Shown one piece after another: positions 12,965 through 24,452 of a DNA stretch of 64,000 bases. Within the stretch, counting starts at the first letter, position 1. Each line of letters opens with the position of its first letter. The stretch comes from Lama glama (lineage: Eukaryota). Below the pieces are notes generated by a model. That model was not told the DNA's origin and ran no database searches. It saw nothing but the letters and a program-made list of their open reading frames with translations. The translations under genes were made by a program, and so were the position numbers. The DNA lies in assembly GCA_028534125.1 (NCBI GenBank), contig CM052818.1:38070001-38134000 (forward strand). The letters run 5' to 3'.

Positions 12965-13895
12965 TGTGATAATCATGCAATATTTGTCTTCCTGTGTCTG
13001 GCTTATTTCACATAGCATCATGTCCTCCAGACCTACCCATGTTGTTGCAAATGGCAAGACTTTTCTTTATCCATTCATCTGTTGATGGACACTAAGGTTG
13101 TTTCCATATCTTGGCTATTGTGATCAATGCTGCAATGAACATGAGAGTGCAGATATCTCTTTGATGTAGTGATTTTATTTCCATTGGATAGATACTCACA
13201 AGTAGAATCACTTGATAATATGGTAATTCTATGTTCAGTTTTTTGAGGACCCTTCATACTGTTTTCCATAATGGCTACATCAATTCATACTCCAATGAAC
13301 AAGGCACAAGGGTTCTCTTTTCTCTATATTCTTGCTAACACTTGTTATCTTTTGACTCTTTGACAACAGCCATCCTAATGGATGTGATGTGATATCTCAT
13401 TGTGGTTTCGATTTGAATTTTCTTGATGGTTAGTGATGTTGAACATCTTTGAATATACCTGTTGGCCATCTGCATGTTTTCTTTGGAAAAATATCTATTT
13501 AGGTATCCAATCTGTTTTTTAATTGATTTATTTGTTTTTGTTACTAATTGGAAGAATTTCTTACATAGTTTGGATGTTAACACCTTGTTGAATACGTAGT
13601 CTACAAATATTTTCTCCCAGATTGCCTTTGCATTTTATTGATTGGTTCCTGTGCTCTGTAGGAACTTACTAGTTTGATACAGTTCCACTTGTTTATTTTT
13701 GCTTTTGTTGCATTTGCTTCTGATGCCAGTACAAAAACTCATTGCCATTAACAACGTCAAGTAGATTTTCCCCTGTTTTCTTCTAGGAGTTTCGTGGTTC
13801 AGTTGTCACTTCTAAGTCTTTAATCCATTTTGAGTTGATTTTTGTGTATGGTGCAAGAAAGGAGTCCAGTTTCATTCTTCTATATGTAGATATTT
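12965..13895 (-). mobile_element. L1MA/L1MB ORF2 3' region
   Basis: Minus-strand ORF 13335-13583 gives L1 ORF2-like peptide (LNRYFSKENMQMANRYIQRCSTSLTIKKIQIETTMRYH). Confidence 0.9.
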
Positions 13896-14789
13896 AATTT
13901 TTAATTTTTAATAATCTGAAGCAAATATGGCAACATGTTAAAATAAGTTAATTCTAAGCAATGTATACATGGATATTGCCTATATTACTCTCTGTATCTT
14001 CTTTCTCCACAAGAAGACCTTGCTTTCTTGATCTTGCATAAAGTTAAGATAATTCCTAACATATATACAATGTGAACAGAATGATGAAATTAAGGCAAGT
14101 AAAGGGAAAGGTATAGAAACGCTATTGAAGATCTCGGAGATAAAGTAAAAGGAGGCAGCACACTGTGTATTGCCCTTGATTACATGCGAAGGGATGAATC
14201 CAAGAAGCTGGAGGAGTGGGACTTCCACTGTAAGGGGTGGAACTGAGGAGAAAGAAGGTAACAGACAAAGGGAGGCAAACAGCTTTGGCTTATTCAGGAC
14301 GATAGGTTTCCCATTCAGTGGTTTCTATTTTCTCTATCAACCTGGAACCAGTTTGACTAAGGAGACTGAGACTAGCAACAGAACATGGAGATCACGGTCG
14401 TTAGAGAGCTGAGAGAACAGATCAAGTTGGAAACTGCAGTGTGTGAAATGGAAGAGAGGGCTCCACGGACACACAAAGCAAGACGGCTCTACAGTATTAC
14501 TGCAGACAGCCCTCCACTGCTGGTGGTCCCAGGTGCAATCTGCCAAGCTGTTATCAGCAGCTCAGGTATGGATAGAGAACCACACAGTTCTAGAGTTAGT
14601 TGGATTCGACCACAGTGAGATTTCTGTCAGGTGTGTATGATAAAGATAATCACAAGTCCGTTTTGCATGTTGTCAAGAGAGTGGCTAAAGTAAAAGAACA
14701 GAAATTCTAATCTGGATGGAGAGGAAATCAAGAATATAAGGGCATGACAGAAAGGCAATAGTAATATGGGAAAGTATAAATTTAAAAAG

Positions 14790-14878
14790 ATTCTCACAAT
14801 CCCTTAACCAAATAATAACCACTATTAGCACATTGGTGTATTTCTTCTGAGTCCTTTAAAAATATATACAAATGTATA

Positions 14879-14911
<33 letters not shown>

Positions 14912-15480
14912 GGAGAGAGAGACATAAATATATGTATATGTATGTGTGTATATATTTGCAAACATTTATATTTGTGTATATGCACATATTCACACACATA
15001 CACGTACATACATGCCACATACATATTTATTTCATAAGCAAAAAAGCGGTATTACACCATGGTTAGTGCTTTATGCCTCCTTAAGTATGTATGACTCTCT
15101 AAGTCAAAAATACTCATCTAGCATTGATTTAATGGATAAATAATAGTCTTTTTTGAAAAATAATACAATCAACTTAACGTATTCTCCATTGTATGGCATT
15201 GATATTGTTAACAATCATTTGCTATCATAAATACTGTTGTAATAATTAATTTTGAGATTCTTTCATATAGCTTAATTACTTTCTTAGAATGAGTCCCTAG
15301 ATGTAGATTGTGTCAAAGGGTTAGTACATTTCAAGTAAAGACTGTACTCTAGGAAGTTTTACTAATATATGGTCTCACTCAGTGTATGGCACGAAAAGGT
15401 CTATTTCTTTGCACCCACATCTGTCTATATTTATATCTCTCTCTATATTTTTCTATATTTATAAATTTGATAAATGGTCT
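14790..15480 (-). mobile_element. Ancient L1ME fragment with (TA)n/(CA)n low-complexity tract at 14870-15025
   Basis: Antisense L1ME-like text ('tttcttagaatgagtccctagatgtagattgtgtcaaagggt') flanking a TA/TG microsatellite. Confidence 0.6.
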
Positions 15481-16001
15481 TTGAAACTTTTTCCCTAGCA
15501 CTCTCTAGGAAAGAAGGTTCTATAACACCACCAAGTATAAGAGGTGCAACCCACAAGTGACTTTTTAAAATAATTCTTTACTGACTGTAAGAGGCAGATA
15601 TCACACAGATACAATGAGCTCTGAACTCACACTAAATTCACTTCCATAAATTCCAGTCTTATTGCACATCCTGAGACTGGACACAGAAAAGAACAATCAG
15701 TTCAAATTTCCTCCCTTCGTTCAATTCTTTATTTTTGAGAATGATACAACATTCTTTCTGCCACCCAAGTCAGTCACTTTATAGTTATTCTCTGTCCTGC
15801 CTGTCAACATCCAGCCAATTTTCCTGAGCACACAAGCCATTCATCTAGCAATGATCGATTGGGCTGGCCACGCAACAAGCTCTGTGCAAGGTTTGGGAAA
15901 CAAAGAGATGCTCACTTACACAACATGCAGATTTCTCTCCCTTCGATATTCCTATAGCATTTATTATCCACACCATTCTTTGCACCTTAAAACACACAAG
16001 C

Positions 16002-16428
16002 TGTGGTAGGCAGATTAGGGTTCCCAGGAAGCAGACTCTGAGATGGAGACTTGTGTGCAGGTGGCTTATCCAGGGGGCTCTTAGGAACAACAAATGTAAC
16101 CAAGAGAGGGAAGCATGATTGGGTACAAGGAAACGCTGAACTGTGGTGTGCTGCAACACAGGCTACAGCTAGTCCCACAGAGAGCTCTGTAGCCAGGGCG
16201 GCCCTTCAGTGACATCTGCAATTCAGACAAGGGGGTTAGGTCTCTGCACATCCCCATCCACCAGTCACGGGATGAAAATGAGTAACCTTCGGCAGGTAAC
16301 TACCTCCAGCCGAGGGCAGGTCCTGGGGAACACTCAGCTGTGAGCAATCAAAGGACAGTGCTCTCGAGGAATGAGCAGCTTGGTTGTATAGAAGCAGAAT
16401 CTGGGAGGCATGCTACATCCACTACACA
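16002..16428 (-). mobile_element. Solo LTR, LTR16-family (ERV-L) or related MaLR
   Basis: 'gggttcccaggaagcagactctgagatggagacttgtgtgcagg...gagctctgtagccagggcggcccttcag'; bounded by tgt...aca. Confidence 0.7.
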
Positions 16429-19400
16429 GCCCAAACTAACCTGCGTTACTGAGCTGGGCTCTAGTTCTTCTATTTATATCAAGAACTTGCCTATATATTA
16501 ATTAGTGTTATATTTCCAAATAGATTTCCCTAGAGATCAGGGAAGGTCTATGAAACTTTTTTCTGTTCACCCACAGACCAGGCATAATACTTTATAAGTT
16601 TTAAGTGCTTAATAATACCTGCTGTTTAAGTTTACTAAATCCTACCCCTTACTTGTATAAAACACTCCATGTCCCTGTGTTACCTTTCTCACTTACAGCC
16701 ACCATCTTAGTCTAAGCGTTCATCATTTGTTGCCTGGACACTTGCTTAAATTTTATAAGCAATTCTTACATTCTAGCTTTTCGATAAATCTTTCAGGTTT
16801 AACGGGAAGATGGTAGATTTTATCCTTACGGTTAATCAGCATGGGTATGGAACTTCAAACACAGTTATCTTAGAGTGGGCCCATGTATCTTTCCCTTTTT
16901 ATATAACCTGCATATTTCTTGGGCTTGGATTTATGCATCTGATAATTGGAACTGTCTGCCTAACTATCTCTGCTTAGCACCCAAATCCAAGCGTGTGGAT
17001 GGTGAGCTGAATAGTTTACATGATTCGTCACATGAAGTCTCAGGGTAAAGGCTTGGAGACTGGATGCAACTGCAGCAGCCGGCATTTGAGGCAGCAGCCA
17101 TGCAAGGATTCTGGCCCAACTCATCACACGTTACGGCCTGCAGAACCCAGGCCTACTGCTTTCCCTAAATGTTCTTCTCAGTGGAATTACAGCTCTTCTT
17201 CAGCAACAGAACCCCAGATTCTGCTCCTCAGTTCATCTTTTCTCTCCAAGAACCAGAAGATGCAGAGCATCTATTGATAGGAAAGATGAAACTGCAAAGT
17301 CAGGTGTATGTGCCGCCACTCAGGGAAGCACACAATTCAGGGTACATGTGGAATCCAATGATTTGAATCTACTTGTAGAATTCCCAAATTGTGTGCATTT
17401 CCCCCTGCTTCAAGTACGTCTGTTTGTGGACACGCAGCGTATGAAATTTCCATCCTCTGTTTCACCAAAGAACATAGTTAAATTCATATTCTTTCCCTGT
17501 TTCTGTTTTTGTCTTTCTCTTGTTGGATCTCCCTCCCTCCCTCCATTCTCTCCGTTCTAACTGGTTAGACACCACTTTGTGAGTGCCTGTTAGGAGCCAG
17601 AATCACACCAATTGCTTTACATCCAACGTCTCAATGCCCGTCCTTGACAAGTAAAAGAACTAACAGTATGGAATAGTCCATACTGTTTCCCATGCTCCGT
17701 GTTGTCTGTCCACAAACACCTGGAGGGGAAGTTTCTGAATCCTGGGATCAAAAGTAGATAAACAAAACCTGTGCCAAGTCTTCTTGGTGTTCTACAGACC
17801 TGCTTTGCATCTACCACTCCAGCATCTGCCAGCTCCGCAAGGGAAGAGCTAGTTAAGAGCATCGTCTTAGGGTGGCAGGTAGGGACGGGGAAGCCCAGTC
17901 AGGAGCAAAGCAGGGCTTGGTTAAGTAACAGTGTGGGGCTTGAATGGCACCATCCACGCGTTCCGTTACAGATATCTGTCTCAGATGATGCTGACTTTTC
18001 CAAAGTATCACAAGTGTGAGACTGCTGGTCCACAGAGTTCCAGGAAATGGGATGACTGGATCAATAAACATAGGCATGAGGTGGGATGAAATACATGTTA
18101 AGAAATATATACTGTATCAATTTAGCACAGACAGTAACATATTCCGTAGACCTTCTTGCACAATGGAGTGACACATCGCTGCGTTATTAATGCTTTGGAA
18201 AAATTTATTTATTCTATGCCATTAGTGTATTTTAACAAACATTGCTTTGGGACAGTATGCCTGCCAATTTATGTTTATGAGGCTGTCAACATAATTTACA
18301 TGCAGACAAAAATATGATACAATATTGCCAATGCAGAATCAGCTTGTCAAATGATATTGTCACCAAGAAATGAAACAGTACCCCAGCTGAGGACCTGAGC
18401 ATATTCATCACTGCTGGCTGCACGGAATTTGAGGTGACACGCTGAAATACATTTAATGCCTTTTTTTCATGCATCAAATGAATAAAAAGTGAATGAATGA
18501 GGTACTTCTGACTGCCATGTACCGTGCAAAAGCAAATAGATTTCTTGTTTCCCAAGGAAAAAAATAAGAATAAAAATAATACATGGGTTTTGCTGAAATA
18601 GTTGGAGAATTATATTTATTATTCGTCTGGAAAACTGAGGATGCTGCAAAAATTACAAACAGTCCTAAGCGTTCAGCAGCAGTGATGCAGTGATTGTACA
18701 CCACAGCGGAAGGAGACCGTGTCGATTTAAAGTTCCTGATCTACCCAGGATGAAGGGCAGGGGCAATGTGGAACAGTAGTAGTTATTTGGCCCAGGAAGT
18801 TATGGTAAACACTATAAGAAGTTTTAACAAGGTGTTTGTTTTATACGTGAAAAATCAGAATTGTGGACTTGCTTTTTCTGCCCTTTTGAAAACTCCAACC
18901 CCAATGTCATAGTTTCTGGACACTGAGGTTCCAGACCTGGTTTGATCTGAACGTCTCTGAGCTTCAGGAATATGTATGTAAATACTTTAGTCAAAGGTTT
19001 TGTAATTCTTCCTGTGCTGCTGGCTTGTGAGTTTAAAGGATTTCACTGGCCTGTGAACGCCCGAACTTGTCCCCAGAAAGGACAACGAGGCTGAGGGCAG
19101 AGTTTTGCCAGAGTGGAAGGAAGGGCTCCTAGGAGCTGCCTGCACCCCCTGATGAAGGGCCCTGTGACCCGGAGGCCGTGCCTTGCTCTGGGCCGCGACC
19201 AAGCGTGCCTGTGGCTGGCCTGCCGCTGTCCACTGGGCATCAGGGGAGGTAGCTCCCTTGTTCCCGCAGTGGCCCCTCTGTCTTACAGGGATTCCTAAAA
19301 CGAGTGAACGTGGCCCCAGTAAATGTCTCTGTGGTTATAACATCCATGCTCAGACCTCCTGTTCTCAAGGAAAGAAAAAAATACATCCTGGTCAGGAACT

Positions 19401-19439
19401 AACAGAAAGCAGCCCCTGTTCACAGTCCACAGGCTGTTG

Positions 19440-19650
19440 GGTCGGCAGCACGTCGAGGACGCCGAGTCCTCTGCTGAGAACAGTTTTCCACGCTGCAGCG
19501 TGGGCGTAACAACCCGAGACGGCGGAGGGCTTGGCGCGGCAGCGGCAGCGCACGCGGGACGGGGGTCTGCGGCGCTGGCCCCGCCCGGCGCGCCCGGATC
19601 CGATCCTTATGTCTGCGCCGCTCCTCCGGGTCCTCGTACGTGAAACCCAC
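19440..19650. promoter_or_regulatory. Small CpG island with GC box
   Basis: About 30 CpGs in ~200 bp by manual count; GGCCCCGCCC at 19577-19586; NRF1-like GCGCACGCGG at 19548-19557. Confidence 0.65.
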
Positions 19651-21679
19651 AGCTTGGTTGTGGGAATTAAGTGGAAACTGTGGAACCGCAGGAACTGCCT
19701 GATATTCAGCCATTTCTGATGTACAGAAATACATCCATCACAGGGCTCAGCAGCCACAATCCCCGGCTTGTAGTAAGTGATGACTGGATGTTGAATGAAA
19801 TGTAACACGTTAGAAGTTGAAGAAACTATGCAAACAAGGTGAAATGTGACTGTTTTTACTACTGGCAGCACTACTAACCACCTCTGTTCTTACTATGACT
19901 ACCCTAACCATGACTCTCCATCAGCGGTATCCGAAATGTAGTCTGCGAAATACCACATTCCACGTACCTCAGTGCCACAAAAACCACGTACTGAAACACG
20001 AGACAGTCTGTCTTAAGATGGATTTAAATTTCTGTGACAAACATACAGAACTTTGGCTACTTATCTTCACGTTCCGTGAAAACATCAATCCAATCAGAAA
20101 GATGTTGCCTGAAACTGACCTCTAACGCAAGCCCCTGAAAACTAGGCTTAAGCTACTGTCTCCAATTAGGGAGCACAGAAGTCGCCACTTCCCACCTTAT
20201 ACCCTCATTGGCAGTGTTGTCAGAACAGCAGCTGGCTTCCGCAATTCAAACCAGAACGTCAGGGAATGTCCGAAGGAATAGCTGCGCAGAAGAAATGATG
20301 ACCTCAGGATGTGCGTGGCCAGCACACCAAGAGGGCCGAAGGGACAGACCTAGCTTCTGAAAGCTCCCAAGCCCAGACGCAATACAATTCATTAGTAATT
20401 GGGGAGAGCAAAGGGCAAGACATGAAGCAGAAAAGTAACGTAAGAAAGAGATACTGAGACAGCAGATACGCCGAGAAAGGGGCAATGATGTAACAGAAAA
20501 CACTGCTGTAGGTAAACAGAGTGAAGCATCATTAAGAGTAGCCCACACTTGCTGGATCTGAGTGAGGTAAAAATGTCTGCATTAGGCACCAATTAGAGTG
20601 AGTTATATGACACTTTTTATCTGGCCAGAAAAATTTCTTCCTGACTCCAGCTGGTGATCAGATGGTACCTTGGACAATGAAGATGAATGGCTCTTGCCAT
20701 TTTGATGGCCACATCGGAAATGATCATTGCTACCCTTATGAAAGAGTTAAATTCATTTTAAATAAATTATATTAAAGAAATGCACTTTGATACTAACTTG
20801 TAGCCAAATGTAAATGGATTAGTTTGGGGTAAAAAAGGCAGAATATAAAATAAACAAACAAAAAATCTCTTGTTTCTAAGTCCCTGCCAGTACGAAAGAT
20901 TAAAGACATGTGTCATCCTTGTTTAATTGCATGGAGTGATATGCATTTTGGTCAAAAACACTACTGAATTTGACAAATGATTAAATCTGGAATTTTCTAG
21001 CTGAAAATGCAAAAGGATTCTGATGATGTACTCCAAACATATTTGCACCTGAATCAGAATATTTATAGGCTCTGAAAAGACCGTTGAAATGGGGAATCAG
21101 ATATAAGTTGAGTTGCAGTAATTTTAGTGTCAGATACTAATCAAAGAACCAAATAAACTACCTAAAATAATCTGGGCTTTTTAAAGCCAAGCAAATATGT
21201 CAAGACTGAAAATGCCTCTGAGTGAAAGAACTTTTATCCACCCTGACTATATCAGTCAGTGTGCCCAGATTATGGCCTCCTGCCCCATCCAGGGCTCTGG
21301 GCTTCAGGCTCTAGCACAGAAAGTGGTGTCTCAAACCACACCCCGACTCTATAGATGTCATCTACAGATGACACGGATAAATGTGCTTCTACAAGGTGGC
21401 ATTGTACTATTGATGGGTGGCTCACATGACAGTTTCATTTGGTACACAGACCAATATAGTTTATCTATATAGATATTTTATACATCAAATCCATTCTATA
21501 AAGTTCTTTTTAGATAAATTTATGTAAGTAAAAAAAATACACTGAGAAGGACAAATATTAAATTTATAGCATGTGTGTGAGGATGCAAGGTGTGTCAAAT
21601 TGTGACATTGGTCCTTAAATGACTGAAATTTGTTTGCAAAACACTAGCTTAGATGAAGGCATAGGTGGCTGTGGGCCCA

Positions 21680-21880
21680 GTTTCCAGATGGTGCAAAGCT
21701 AAAAGGGATGGAGTCACTGTCTGATGAGAGAAACTTAATGGGGAATAATGAACCGAAACTAAAAACAATAATAGCAGAAACATAAAGCTTTATATTTTAG
21801 GTGCAAAACAACATCAGAGCAAGCATAAGAAATGTGGAACCTCATTTCACTGCAATTTATGCAAAAACAACTTGTTTTAT
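21680..21880 (+). mobile_element. CR1/L3 LINE RT fragment
   Basis: 'cagatggtgcaaagctaaaagggat...aaagctttatattttaggtgcaaaacaacatc...gcaatttatgcaaaaacaacttg' resembles L3 (gcagatgacacaaagctgggaggg...aaagtcctgcacttagg). Confidence 0.55.
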
Positions 21881-22199
21881 TAATAATATAGAAGTCTTGC
21901 GCTTGTCTTTGGCTTTGCAGTGTGTCAGCTGCATTCACATATCTTTTCCCTTTCAGATCTAGATGAGCACAGCTCAGAATGGGTCAAGACTTCCTCAAAG
22001 TCTAATTTAATTTGGGATGTAAACAGAAGAATGTAATGGAGGAGGAAGGCAATAATAATTATGTTCCAGAAAGGGAGCGAGAAAAAGAAAATCAAACCCT
22101 TTCATTTCAATCATGTGTTTCGATATTGTAGTTAAGATGAAATGAAACGTTTTCAGTCTCCGACTCTTTCACAACGTGGAGTTTTGTTCTTTCCTCCAC

Positions 22200-23450
22200 T
22201 TCTGTTCCCCGTGTAAATGACCTGGGAATTCATAACAACTTTACTCTTAATCATTAATTGGCCAATACTTTTTTTAAATTTACATTCTGTTTTATAACTA
22301 AAGTCACAAAAATTTTATTCTCACTTTTAAAATGTTCTCTCTTCTACCTTTTTATGTCACAGCATCTACATTCTTGACTTTTTGCTTCTTCCTTTATCTA
22401 TCAGAAGACTGTATCTTCACAAGCCTCCGTGTGTGTGTGTGTGTGTGTGAGTGTGTGCACTGAGTGTACTCGGCCAGTAGAGGATCTGAAAATTTTTATA
22501 GCTGAAAATGTTTTCCTATTGCTTTTCTACAGAAAGAAAAGAGAAAAACAAGGAAGCTGGGTAAGATATCCTCAAACCACAAAAATGTTCCTTCAAAATT
22601 CTATAGATTTTCATCTACTACCTTCTGACAGTTGTTATTACAGAGCCAAAAATTGAGGCTACCCTGAAACTGGTTTCCCTTTATAGCTCCATATTTCTAG
22701 TTCTGCTTTTTCCTCTTACTGAATGCTTATGAGTTACAGTGTCTATCTCTATTCATTGCAATTCAAATTTTTGTTATGATATGTCCAAGTATTTTCTTTA
22801 ACTGATCGTGCCTGCAATACTGTAAGATACTTCAGTCTATGGGTAGGTCTTTATTCAGGAGAAAAAAAAATGTACGTATGATTTGTTTTCCCCTGTGATA
22901 TTTTTGGTTATTGATTATTCCCATCTTGTGTTGTTATTCTCTGTCCACCGTATTTATCATACATTTATTATTCTAATTTTTATTCATTTATTATTTTGCA
23001 CTTTGGGACCATTTGAATTTGTTATCTACGTCACAGATTAATCGTTGCAGCATCTTACCTACTTCTTACAGCCTCACCACCCTCTTGTGTTCTTGGTCCC
23101 CTTGGGATTCTTCCTCATCTTGTCCCTCTTTTCATCTCATTTTGCAGCTTTTCCAAAGCATCATTCTACTCTTTCTCTCCTAACCGTTTTTTGTTCTTAT
23201 TTTATAAAGTATAATCTTTCACTCTAAGAAGGATGTCTAACAGTGCCCTGGAGTTTTCTCCTGGAACTTAGAACACATCATTTTTGGAAATCTTCCTCTG
23301 GTCTCTCCTTAGTCTGTGGTATTTCTTCATTGGTCACATGAAGACTTTCCCCCAACCTCCACCATTCCTCCTCTTCTCATCCTTGAGCCAGGCAAGATTA
23401 ATTCATAAATTCACAGTCATTATTTGTTAGTGGACAGAGGGTGTAGCTTG
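22200..23450 (-). mobile_element. Ancient L1/HAL1-like fragments
   Basis: T-rich plus strand with antisense L1 ORF1-like character; subfamily not resolved. Confidence 0.4.
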
Positions 23451-23539
23451 TCTCTTTTCACCAAAGTTTATCCCTTCTAATTTTCTATCAAGGAACCTTT
23501 GCAGTCGTGGTTAAAAAAAGAAAACAAACAAACAAACAA

Positions 23540-24297
23540 CAAACAAACAAACAACTTAGGAATCAACTTGGATACGTCTTCCCTCATGCTTGCTATATTC
23601 TGGCTCATTAGCAAGTCCTGCGAGTTTAACCATGTCACCAGTATATTCACTTCTCCACTCCTGTGCTGCCATATTCCTGGCCCAAGTGTCTGTGATCTCC
23701 GGCTGGGCAGTTTAGATGGTCTCCTAACTGGTTTTCCTAAATCTAAGTTTCTCTTGCCTAGAGTGACAATGCCAATAAACTTGTGACTTCCCAGGTGAAA
23801 ATTCTTCAGTGACTTCCTATTGCTCGCCCTTAGGATGAACAATCAATTAACCTCAGATTGCCGACCAGACTCTGCATATCCTGGCACTTGCTCAGCTCAC
23901 CAGACTCACCCAGTATCCTCTCTAGCTGAGATTTCCTTTCAGGTTCTTAAACAGCCTTTTCCCTTCGGTCACAGGATCTTCGCATTTGCTGTTTCTTCTA
24001 CAGAAAGGCTCCTGGTCACCACCCCATACAAAGCATCTGCCTAATGCTTACACAAATCTTAGTCTTCCAGCTCAAATTGCATTCTTTGAGGAAACCTTCC
24101 CAGACATTTTGGTTGATAATCAGTGCCCCTGTTACATATTCCAAGATTATCATCTCATTTTCCTTTATAGAACACTTCACAGTGTATAGACTGTACCTCT
24201 GCCATTTTTTGACTATCAGTTTCTTCCACCTAATGGCCCCATGATGTAGTAGTAACTGTGTCTGTTTTGCTTAACATTTGTTAAATGAATAATTGAA
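23540..24297 (+). mobile_element. L2 LINE 3' region
   Basis: 'ggtctcctaactggttttcct...ttcgcatttgctgtttcttct...gaggaaaccttccc...aacatttgttaaatgaataattgaa'. Confidence 0.75.
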
Positions 24298-24433
24298 TCT
24301 CTGTGCCTCTTCTCAGATCCACGGTTGGAAAGCAAGTTGAAGAACCTAAGTCCTAATTCAATCCAACATTTCAAGCAGGCTTTCAGCTAATCCCTTCAAG
24401 CTGTACTGAAGAGGCATCTTGTGCATGAGGAAA

Positions 24434-24452
24434 ACTACAATTCCCAGCATGC
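24434..24452 (+). promoter_or_regulatory. ZNF143/THAP11 (SBS) composite motif
   Basis: ACTACAATTCCCAGCATGC matches the known ACTACAnnTCCCAGnATGC motif. Confidence 0.55.

Noticed and set aside
17662..17687. Perfect 11-bp hairpin aacagtatgga-atag-tccatactgtt
   Set aside because: Too short for a pre-miRNA, and one such stem is plausible by chance in 64 kb.
19392..19871. Several overlapping Arg/Pro/Ala-rich ORFs
   Set aside because: Expected from stop-codon depletion in a CpG island; no recognisable protein.
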